Source: Antedon mediterranea (taxonomy: Eukaryota; Animalia; Echinodermata). From it: DNA of 64,000 nucleotides. A program made the translations under genes and the position numbers. Location of the stretch: positions 22,875,648-22,939,647 of the forward strand of contig NC_092673.1 of NCBI RefSeq assembly GCF_964355755.1, written 5' to 3'. Positions 1 to 10,480 of the stretch are shown in pieces; within the stretch, counting starts at the first letter, position 1, and the number at the start of each line of letters is the position of its first letter. The notes under the pieces are model-generated. The model was not told where the DNA came from. It was given only the letters and a program-made list of their open reading frames with translations, and made no database searches.

Positions 1-150
1 AGATAATTGTTTTTTTTTATATAATATATTTTCTAAATTTTCACAAGCATTATATTAAAAAAAAAAAACAAGTATTGTTTGTTGTGGTATTTTAGCTTCC
101 ATTCTTAGTTATGGTAACTAAAATTACAATCTACATTAGTGAAATATTAC

Positions 151-396
151 CTGTAATTGGATCCGTGTAAGTCACCATAGCTTTTGTACGATCTTTTCCA
201 AATTCTACTGTAGGTTCACTCATTGAAGTAACTTTTCCCAAATAGAGGTCAAACGTTTCCTCATTTAATTGTTTTGGAAGATCAGTAATTAACAAACTAT
301 GCTTATCAAGAGGTCTAACTCGCTTCGTACAAAGTCTAACTGTCAATCTTGTTCCAGATAGCTCATGATGCTCCTGTTGAACCACTGCCTCAGCAA
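151..396 (-). CDS. Exon B' (duplicate) of PARP14/PARP10-like RRM-domain gene
   Basis: Minus-strand acceptor ...attttag|TTGCTGAG at 396 and donor ACAG|gtaata at 151. Length 246 nt, phase 1/1. Translates (I)AEAVVQQEHHELSGTRLTVRL...SLLITDLPKQLNEETFDLYLGKV...KAMVTYTDPIT, which is RRM-like. Near-identical to 8811-9056. Confidence 0.8.
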
Positions 397-426
397 CTAA
401 AATATAATTATGAATATTATACAATG

Positions 427-1514
427 AAACTATTGCTCATACAGGATAATTTACCAGGAAATAACCATGTAAACTATTGCTGCTACAGCATAATTTACCA
501 GGAAACAACCATGTAAACTATTGCTGCTACAAGATAATTTACCAGGAAACAACCATGTAAACTATTGCTGCTACGCATAATTTACCAGGACAGGAAATAA
601 CCATGTAAACTATTGCTGCTACAGGATAATTTACCGGGAAATAACCATGTAAACTATTGCTGCTACAGCATAATTTACCAGGAAATAACCATGCAAACTA
701 TTGCTGCTACAGGATAATTTACCTGGAAACAACCATGTAAACTATTGCTGCTACAGGATAATTTACCAGGAAATAACCATGCAAACTATTGCTGCTACAG
801 GATAATTTACCTGGAAACAACCATGTAAACTATTGCTGCTACAGGATAATTTACCAGGAAATAACCATGCAAACTATTGCTGCTACAGGATAATTTACCA
901 GGAAACAACCATGTAAACTATTGCTGCTACAGGATAATTTACCAGGAAACAACCATGTAAACTATTGCTGCTACAGGATAATTTACCAGGAAACAACCAT
1001 GTAAACTATTGCTGCTACAGCATAATTTACCAGGAAGCAACCATGTAAACTATTGCTGCTACAGCATAATTTACCAGGAAATAACCATGCAAACTATTGC
1101 TGCTACAGCATAATTTACCAGGAATTGACCATGTAAACTATTGCTGCTACTACAGGATAATTTACCAGGAAACAACCATGTAAACTATTGCAATGCTGCT
1201 ACATCATAATTTACCAGGAAATAACCATGCAAACTATTGCTGCTACAGCATAATTTACTAGGAAACAACCATGTAGACTATTGCTGCTACAGGATAATTT
1301 ACTAGGAAACAACCATGTAAACTATTGCTGCTACAGCATAATTTACCAGGAAACAACCATGTAAACTATTGCTGCTACAGCATAATTTACCAGGAAAATA
1401 ACCATGTAAACTATTGTTGCTACAGCATAATTTACCAGGAAACAACCATGTAAACTATTGCTGCTACAGCATAATTTACCAGGAAACAACCATATAAACT
1501 ATTGCTGCTACAGG
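427..1514. repeat. 44-bp intronic minisatellite, about 24-25 copies
   Basis: Unit ggataatttaccaggaaacaaccatgtaaactattgctgctaca repeated in tandem with minor variants. Confidence 0.95.
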
Positions 1515-1596
1515 GTAAAACAATTATAGATTTTAAAAATTGTCTCGATTGTATATTATTAAATTAATTTAAAAAAAAGTTTAATAATAAAAATAA

Positions 1597-3146
1597 CTAG
1601 ATTTAAACTCGTCACTACGGACGAGTTAGGTTATCCGCAGCGCAGACGCCACATGCACGTCATACGTTAGAATATGGCGCGCAGAAAAACGATTATGCCA
1701 TTGAAAAAATGTTAGTGCGCCCTCTATTTTGTGTCACGTCTATATATACAGTATACACTATACTGCACACGTACTACATACAGTTCAGAATAGGTGAAAA
1801 TAAGTGACCAAAGTTATTGACGCTTTTGAACATGATGACGTCATCACATTTTTTTAAACGGTAAATCATGCGAAAGATAATTGATTGACCTAGACAATAT
1901 AAAAAATGGAGGAAAATGGAATACGGATAAGTAGAGATGCGCTCTATTAAATGTGATGCGCTATGACGAAAGAGACAAAAATCCTATATTTTATATTCGA
2001 GTGGCCATACGATGACGTCACAATGACCGGTTAACCATTATTGATTCATGATTCGATATCTACAACTTATCAACTTCCAGAATCTGTAATTTTAAAAAAG
2101 TTAACCACGTAGTTTAGAATCTATTACAGTTTAAAAAAAGGCATAATTTTCACAAAATTTTGAACTTTTTCATAAAAACGAGTGCAAATTGTCTAATTCT
2201 ACGTGCTCGTATGTTGTGATTTTAGGTCGAAATTGTTTAAAAAGTTGATAAAATTACTAGAAAAGGCTGGAAAAACATAAATCACAATCATTTTTTAAAT
2301 GCTCAAAATGACATGAAACGCGTAGAAAGTTGATTGATTGATTAAAATTGATTTTACGCATTTTGAAATTTTAAACGCGCGTGCGCACGTAACTTTCTGT
2401 AAAACATGCCATTTTTAATCCATAGAAAGTTTGCGCTTGATATAACTTAAATTTCAATATAAAAGACCTTTTGGTTTTTAATCTACGACCAATCATTGAA
2501 ATTCATAAAATCGCGCGTAACTTACGCTGCGCAACTCCGACATCGTCTAAAAGCTTGGCTGCACATCTACAGCTACAGGTCAATGTCACAGTCAAAAGTG
2601 ACGGATATGTAAAGTTAAACACAAAGGGTAATTTGCATAGAACTAGTCAGGTGTATTACCGTATAAAAGAATTGCGGAGGAATGTAGTAATTACACCTCA
2701 CATCAACCTTGTAGAGAAGAGAGGTGTCGCACCTCAGCAATAATACAGATTGACCATTTGCTGCCCGTTGGGCTGAAGTTGGTACCAATACGCAACTGTC
2801 TGACCACCATTTGTAGTAAATCGTAAACCAAGCCGAGTATACACATGATTGTTTATGATTGGAATGTAATTGGTAGTGAACAAGTCCACGAAGAATTGAC
2901 CAGCGGACAAAGAAATAAAGACATTCAGTTGCTAATATTATATATCTTTATACTTTTAATTGCGTTCTTCAGTAGCCATATAGTTCACTTCAATCTGAGC
3001 GTGACTTATGAAAAAGTTATACAATCTTATGTTGGTCAGAATTAGAGATACGCTGCGAACAAAATTCGTGAAAAGAAAGAAGATTAAAGAAAAAAAAAAA
3101 AAGATCCTGACAATAACAAGGGGTTATCCGCCAAGTGCGGATAACC
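1597..3146 (-). mobile_element. Non-autonomous Helentron-type element (HINE/DINE-1-like), type A
   Basis: Absent from the paralogous intron (10190-10205 is the empty site). On the minus strand: 5' GGTTATCCGC-acttg-GCGGATAACC hairpin, then a T-rich tract; near the 3' end GCGGATAACC sub-TIR, AACTCGTC-cgtagt-GACGAGTT stem-loop and terminal CTAG. Inserted in a T-rich site without a clear TSD. Confidence 0.85.
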
Positions 3147-3182
3147 AATTATTTTTATATAAATTAATAATAAAAGACCTAC

Positions 3183-3396
3183 TTGTTAGTTGCTCAAATG
3201 TGATGTGTACCACTCCTGGTTTAACCAGCTGATGAGTTGCAATATGTCCACCACAAGAACGTCTCTTACATTCAAAGTACAACAATACTGTTTCCAAGGA
3301 GAGATCACCAAACGATACGACAATCAGCTGGGCATCACCACCAACGTCATCATCATCTGGAGGGTCATCACTAATATTGTCGAAAGATGTCGGACT
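3183..3396 (-). CDS. Exon A' (duplicate) of PARP14/PARP10-like RRM-domain gene
   Basis: Acceptor ttatcag|AGTCCG and donor ACAA|gtaggt. Length 214 nt, phase 0/1. Translates SPTSFDNISDDPPDDDDVGGDAQLIVVSFGDLSLETVLLYFECKRRSCGGHIATHQLVKPGVVHITFEQLT and joins B' in frame. Confidence 0.8.
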
Positions 3397-3906
3397 CTGA
3401 TAAATATAGGGAAATAAATAAAAACAACAAATGAGTGTCGTTTGCATACCCTGTGTAGTGCATCTGCAAAAATATGCGCATTCATTATGAGGATGTACAA
3501 TATATTTTATATATAATAAGTTATAATTCCTGCATTAATATTGTCCTGATTCATTTTGTTTATTTTTAATTTGTTTAAATTGGCAATTATCATTTTCTCA
3601 TTAAAACAATGTGTAGATATTAGGCTAGTGTGCATTAATACACAGTATCTCGCAAGTATCGACAGGCCACTCACTAAATATTCCTGGGGTTCTAGGCTTA
3701 TAAAATAACATTCCTAATTATTCTCCAAATAATTTCAAAACGTCTGTCTTAAAATTCCACGTAGGCCTACATACACAACATTTGAAGTTCGCATACGTAA
3801 CAACCCGATTAAAATCAATAGAACGTTCCAGACGATTTTTCTTCTTCATCAAAGCGTTTTGGACGAGAAAGTAAATAAAAAATAATAATAATAAGTAAGG
3901 ATCAAC

Positions 3907-4040
3907 CTTAAAAGAAACTGTATCTAGTTTCCATCGATCGTCATCTGACTTGACTTCGCCAATTTCATCATAGTAGCAACATATATCTAGATCTTTATCC
4001 TGAAGTTTCTGAAATTTCCTTTCACAGACTGATTTCACAA
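3907..4040 (-). CDS. Exon D of RRM-domain gene (C-terminal half of third RRM); 3' boundary uncertain
   Basis: Acceptor ttattgtag|TTGTGAAA is phase 1 and continues exon C: NYK-V-VKSVCERKFQKLQDKDLDICCYYDEIG... A candidate donor AAG|gttgat at 3907 is phase 0. Without that splice the frame reads on to a stop at 3718. Confidence 0.6.
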
Positions 4041-5359
4041 CTACAATAATAGAAATCCGAAAAATATTAATACTGTAGATAAAAGAATTTGAATTGATCT
4101 TAATTAGGAAAACATTTGTTTTTATATAATTATGTCTTTCTATATTTGGAAATTGATATTCCTAATATGGAAGATTATTCCCGCCACGATGTTGGTATTA
4201 AATTAGCCCAGGAAATGACGACAGAGCTTAATGGAGAAAAACGTGCAGCTGGAGGTGTGCGTTGATTGAGGTAAGTTTCGAAAGGAATCCGGCTTTTCTC
4301 ATCAGCACGAAACCTTTTTAAAAACTTACTGGTTGATTATTAATCTATCTTTTCTGAAAGTTTAAGCTTAATTGGTTCACCCTGTGGGACGGATTCAATA
4401 TTTGTTCAAAGCTGGGGATATATTCTAAGCAGACATGGATTTGTATGTTTAGTACAGGCTGTTTGGTTGAGTAATTTCAATCCATCAAAATCAGTTAATA
4501 TACCAAAATATGTTATTAGTAGTTTTGTTATTTTGGATTTTGTGCTAGTTTGGTAAATATTACAATATAATTGTAGATTATTAGCTTGTAAAAAAATGTA
4601 CCCAACTTGTATTATCTAGCCCACTTGACGAGAATCCAGTGCTATTTGTATGGATAGATAGGACCACATTAGGTTAGTGTTTAGTGACATATCGCCGACT
4701 TAGTCTATCAATGTGACGCACAATTATGTTTAAAATGTTGAATTTTATTATCCACTGAATTATCCTAGGCCTAAACCTTGTTGAAATTTAGGACTATTAA
4801 TTACGGAAAATGCTTTGCCAAAGAAAAAGACTATGGAATACTTTGTGGATGTCGAAAGTTTGTATATAATGCAGTGTGGTGGCGTCAGCCGAATTCGGTA
4901 CTATTTACAGCCATTGATTTTGTTATACATATACTTCTTTTTACTTTATAGTGAGAGAGAGATTATTTAGGTGGTTAGGTTTAGTTATATTTAGGAAGTA
5001 GTTGGGTTATCTTTCACATATGGAGTCCCCAACTTATATACGAAGAAAAATATTGGGACTTTACGAAATAAAAAGTGAATCGAATGAATAACATGACTTA
5101 AATCATACAAATTGCTCACACATTTTCTGTAATATTTGGATTCGTTTTGTGTCTGTTTATTTTTATTCATTTACATTTTTTTTATTTCAATGGCTTTAAT
5201 ATTTTGCATTTATTTTTTGTGGGAGCTTTAATTGTTTATCTTTTTTGCTTTGAAATTAAATTGTGGTCTAGTTTTGATTTTTTTGCTAATAAGAGGTGAC
5301 TTATTATTTTTCTGTTTTGAACTCGAATGTACTAAGCATTGATATCAATGGCCACATCA

Positions 5360-5655
5360 TTTTACTCACTTGTCTAGCCGTGATATACGAAATATATTGT
5401 GTTCCAAGGATAGGTGTAATTAATGAAAATTTCAACGACGTGATCAGTCGATCAGTTTGCCGGCTGCCTATACTAAACACTTTTAATTTGGCAGCTTGGC
5501 ATGGTATTTCTTGATCCGGCCATTGTGGTACACAACAGAGAAATTGTTGATACGTGACGTAACAACTCGTGAAACATGGTGGCTGTGAGACATCAACTTA
5601 CCGTTCAGCGGTTTCGGAGGAGATACGTAAAATTATGCGAATAATTAGATTAAAT
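5360..5655. repeat. Dispersed repeat family fragment
   Basis: Similar to 48315-48545 (aggataggtgtaattaat...acgtgacgtaacaactcgtgaaaca). Its 3' part (accgttcagcggtttcggaggagatacgtaaaattatgcga) recurs at 44660-44715 and 59392-59450. Confidence 0.7.
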
Positions 5656-6699
5656 TAATAGATAAAGCTGTACGCAGTTTAAAGTAGATAGTTATATTAC
5701 ATAGCCTATGTAAATACGTGATTGGTTAAAACTGCATCACATGACTACCGCTGAGAGGATCATATATCGTATATATTCTCGAGTACGATGAGATTGGCTG
5801 AGTAAATTTCGCGTAATTATCGTGAATATAATTAATATATTAATATAATATAATGAAAATTATCGTTTATATTAAACATATAAAATCCAGCAAATTCTCG
5901 AGTACGATGATATTGACTGTGTAATTTTCGTGTGGCAACACCAATCTCCATCCCCATCCACCCTCTGGATCTGGCCCTGGATCAGTGCGAGATAAAACGT
6001 TCCACTGTGGGCATGTGCGTCCAGCAATAACAAGATAAATGGTTAGATATTCAACCAAAAACCCATTGACTGGCAGCTATTTTTTGCTTCATTTACAGTT
6101 TATTAGGAAAATACCTGTACATTTTCTTTTCGATCCAATTTTTTATCAAAGTGGATAACCATTAGGTGCGACATTAAAATGACATATTCAAAAACAAATT
6201 TTTTAAGAATTATTTTGTCAGGGGGACAATACATCTTTAAAAGATTTAAATAATAAATACCTGATATTGAGAAAATAACGTGTTTTTACACTTTTAATAA
6301 TATATCTCAGACAAAAAAGCACTTGGCACGCCGGGAACTTGGCGTAGAAAACCAACACCAGGCTGGCGTTTTGGTTGGAATGTTTGGAATAATACATATT
6401 ACGTACAAGGAGTTGAATCGTGCAATGGAATCAACTTTCAGTAATAACACTAAGGTAAAAACCCATTTAGTAGGCCGGGCCCATAGAAAAGCCAATAATA
6501 ATATTTTTTCCACCAAAAAAATAGGGATCCCCTTGGATACAAGCCTGAATGAATTTAGCGATTTTGTACTTGTCGTCAGAAGATTAATAGATCTGTAAAA
6601 ATAATTTAATAGATATAATATTTTTGATTATATATATATATATATTTGAATATAACTTCTATTGTACAAATACAAGGCGATTCATCATGTACCACAAAC

Positions 6700-6936
6700 C
6701 TTTATAGTTTTGAAATTGTATTTTCGCTTTTTTTCTTTCCTGATCCAGATAAATATCAAATATTGGTCCTCCACCACTACTCCTATTGTTTTCAAAATAA
6801 AGCTTCAGCACCTCCTCAGTACATGACTTGTTCAAGTTCTTGACAATGATTGTGTCAGCAACAAACACTGTCTTTGCATTGATTATCGAACCTAACAGTT
6901 TTGTTTTTGTAATCTCTAATATCACCTTATCAATAT
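6700..6936 (-). CDS. Exon C of PARP14/PARP10-like RRM-domain gene
   Basis: Acceptor ttattttacag|ATATTG and donor AAAG|gtttgt. Length 237 nt, phase 1/1. Translates DIDKVILEITKTKLLGSIINAKTVFVADTIIVKNLNKSCTEEVLKLYFENNRSSGGGPIFDIYLDQERKKAKIQFQNYK, with the LYFEN.RSSGGG motif of PARP14/10-type RRMs. Confidence 0.85.
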
Positions 6937-7504
6937 CTGTAAAATAACAAACAATTTAGAATATATTAAAGGCAATTGACACACATCTCAATCTTATTAA
7001 ACAAAAAGTATTGATATATTTTGATAATTTAGTTTTTATTCAGTAATGTGTTTTAATGTCATTCAATTTTTACCCAAAAAAAAAAAACGGCCATCGCGCT
7101 GGACCAATGTTGTTAATGGCTTTGAACCCATAAAAAATTGAACTCTTCAGCTTTTTCTACAGCATGTAGCTACGTGGCTGTGCTTGGAATAGCGTCGCTT
7201 GATAACTATGTATGTAAATTGTACGTCATAAATCCCTGTAAACATATAGTTTAGCAGACCTTGATTTAAAAGAAGCGCCATGGCGCTGACGCTCCTTGGC
7301 GCTCCTGAAAACGATCAAAGGAGCGCCTAAAATAGCGCTCCCCAACCTGTTACAGTGCGTCATAAAAATATATATAATGATAAGAATATTAACCCCGAAT
7401 ACAGTCTATATATAGTCGCGCAAACGATCTTTGTTATGGCTACCCCAGATAGGCTAGGCGCGCCTACGATCTTTGATGTTGCGAGAAAAATATCGTAAAC
7501 AATT

Positions 7505-8187
7505 CATTTTAAATATAGTATCAGAACATTCAATCGGTCGCTCAAAAAGACTGCGGACAGAAGACCGTAATTATACAGACCTAGTTTTTTTGGTCACATG
7601 GCATGAAACGCGATACTCTCTGCTTTACCGCAACATCTCACATGTTTTTTTTTTAACTCAGTACAAGAGGGTGGCTGCCGACAATAAACAGTAATTAAGA
7701 TCGTGTACCTGGATTTTGTGTCACATGACACTCTCTGATCTTAACTGCTCACATGTTTTCCCCTCCAAATTCTGGTCGGGCCTTTTCTTATACACATGTC
7801 GTAATCATTTTAAAAGGCTTAAGCCTTTATGTTAAATCTTATAGTAATTAATATGGAATATATATTTATTTTGCATATATTTTGTTGGTGTCCTAGCCTA
7901 GGCTAGGTGTCGTTTTTATATTTCGCTAACCCAAGGTAGGATTAAATAATTTATAGTGTAGGCCGCCGAAACAAGACTAGATAGCCTCGATTCTCTCTCT
8001 GCGTGAGCTGAGGTCCACGGACCCGATGTCGTCGCGTCGGCGGATTTCCGTCCAAATTAGGATAACCGATGCGTAGGCCTAGCTAGGGTGGCTACAAAAA
8101 TTGATGTCTACTATCTTTAGATAGGATTTTAATTAGCAAACAATACATTGTTTGTTTGCATTGTCCATGCTTCTAAAGGTGATGACA
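7505..8187. repeat. Dispersed repeat, about 680 bp, second copy at about 40070-40748
   Basis: Colinear similarity from taaatatagtatcagaacattc...gtcgctcaaaaaga to ttgtccatgcttctaaaggtgatgaca. Confidence 0.8.
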
Positions 8188-8810
8188 ATGGTGTTTACTA
8201 ACCCTACGAACCACCCTACGATCGACGCGTAGATAATCATCATAACAATACATCGTAGACTACGTTCAGAGAACAATGACCTACGATGAATTTTACGTGC
8301 AAAAGTACCATTTCCGGCCATCTAGAGGTGTCATTTATCAAAATTCGGCTCGCCACAGGCCCAACCAGGGTGGGCCTGTGCCTCGGATACTTAATCAAAA
8401 TAATGGCTCTCTTCAACATATTGAGGAGAGCCATTAGGAGCTCGCCTCTTATATTTATAAATCAAGGTCTGGTTTAGGCTAACCATGTAAATTTCCCTAT
8501 ATGGGACCTAGAAATACATCAAATCATCAGTCACTCGAGTACTTGTATGCATACAAAGTGGTTACATTTGGAGTTGTTCTTATTAAATGACATATACTGA
8601 ACAGAAATATTACAAATTAATTAATCTCTAATACGTTAATAAATAGCATGCAAAAGTTTTCTAAACAATGTTTTTTTAATACAATATATTTTCTAAATTT
8701 TCACAAGCATTATATTAAAAAAAAAAAAAAAGTATTGTTTGTTGTGGTATTTTAGCTTCCATTCTTAGTTATGGTAACTAAAATTACAATCTACATTAGT
8801 GAAATATTAC

Positions 8811-9056
8811 CTGTAATTGGATCTGTGTAAGTCACCATAGCTTTTGTGGGATCTTTTCCAAATTCAACTGTAGCTTCACTCATTGAAGTAACTTTTTCCA
8901 AATAGAGATCAAACGTTTCCTTATTTAATTGTTTTGGAAGATCAGTAATTAACAAACTATGCTTATCAAGAGGTCTAACTCGCTTCGTACAAAGTCTAAC
9001 TGTCAATCTTGTTCCAGATAGCACATGATGCTCCTGTTGAACCACTGCCTCAGCAA
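8811..9056 (-). CDS. Exon B of PARP14/PARP10-like RRM-domain gene
   Basis: Acceptor attatag|TTGCTGAG and donor ACAG|gtaata. Length 246 nt, phase 1/1, in frame with exons A and C. Confidence 0.85.
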
Positions 9057-9180
9057 CTATAATATAATTATGAATATTATACAATGAAACCACAAATATA
9101 AGTTTCTCTATTATCCCAGGAGTGGGATTTCTTTTGAAATAATTATTTAGGAAATTTCGCAAAATTATGTTAAGGAATTA

Positions 9181-10122
9181 ATTGCTGCTACAGAATAATT
9201 TACCAGGAAATAACCATGTAAACTATTGCTGCTACAGCATAATTTACCAGGAAACAACCATGCAAACTATTGCTGCTACAGGATAATTTACCAGGAAACA
9301 ACCATGTAAACTATTGCTGCTACAGGATAATTTACCAGGAAACAACCATGTAAACTATTGCTGCTACAGGATAATTTACCAGGAATTGACCATGCAAACT
9401 ATTGCTGCTACAGGATAATTTACCAGGAAATAACCATGTAAACTATTGCTGCTACAGGATAATTTACCAGGAAATAACCATGTAAACTATTGCTGCTACA
9501 GCATAATTTACCAGGAAATAACCATGTAAACTATTGCTGCTACAGGATAATTTACCAGGAAACAACCATGTAAACTATTGCTGCTACAGGATAATTTACC
9601 AGGAAACAACCATGTAAACTATTGCTGCTACAGGATAATTTACCAGGAATTGACCATGCAAACTATTGCTGCTACAGGATAATTTACCAGGAAATAACCA
9701 TGTAAACTATTGCTGCTACAGGATAATTTACCAGGAAATAACCATGTAAACTATTGCTGCTACAGCATAATTTACCAGGAAATAACCATGTAAACTATTG
9801 CTGCTACAGGAAAATTTACCAGAAAACAACCATGTAAACTATTGCTGCTACAGCATAATTTACCAGGAATTGACCATGCAAACTATTGCTGCTACAGGAA
9901 AATTTACCAGGAAACAACCATGTAAACTATTGCTGCTACAGCATAATTTACCAGGAAACAACCATGCAAGCTATTGCTGCTACAGGAAAATTTACCAGAA
10001 AACAACCATGTAAACTATTGCTGCTACAGCATAATTTACCAGGAATTGACCATGTAAACTATTGCTGCAACAGGGTAATTTACCAGGAAATAACCATGTA
10101 AACTATTGCTGCTACAGGATAA
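9181..10122. repeat. 44-bp intronic minisatellite, about 21 copies
   Basis: Same unit as 427-1514. Confidence 0.95.
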
Positions 10123-10236
10123 TACAATTATAGATTTCAAAAATTGTCTCGATTGTATATTATTAAATTAATTTAAAAAAGTTTAATAATAAAAAATAAT
10201 TAATTTTGTAAAAATTAATATAAATAAAAGACCTAC

Positions 10237-10480
10237 TTGTTAGTTGCTCAAATGCGATGAGTACCACTCCTGGCTTAACCATATTAGAATCTGCAATAGG
10301 TCCACCACCAGAGCTTCTGTTACTTTCAAAGTACAGCAACACTGTTTCCAAGGAGAGATCACCAAACGATACGACAATCAGCTGTGTATTGTCACCAACG
10401 TCATCATCATCTGGATTGTCTTCACCAACGTCATCATCATCTGGATGGTCATCACTACTATTGTCGAAAGATGTCGAACT
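10237..10480 (-). CDS. Exon A of PARP14/PARP10-like RRM-domain gene
   Basis: Acceptor ttcatcag|AGTTCG and donor ACAA|gtaggt. Length 244 nt, phase 0/1. Acidic linker followed by QLIVVSFGDLSLETVLLYFESNRSSGGGPIADSNMVKPGVVLIAFEQLT. Confidence 0.85.

Noticed and set aside
427-1514. CRISPR-like array
   Set aside because: Contiguous 44-bp units with no unique spacers, in a eukaryotic intron, with no cas genes.
6307-6598. ORFs on both strands downstream of exon C
   Set aside because: No recognisable domain; the in-phase splice gives an immediate stop.
9798-10101. Short ORFs in the 44-bp array
   Set aside because: Products of repeat periodicity.
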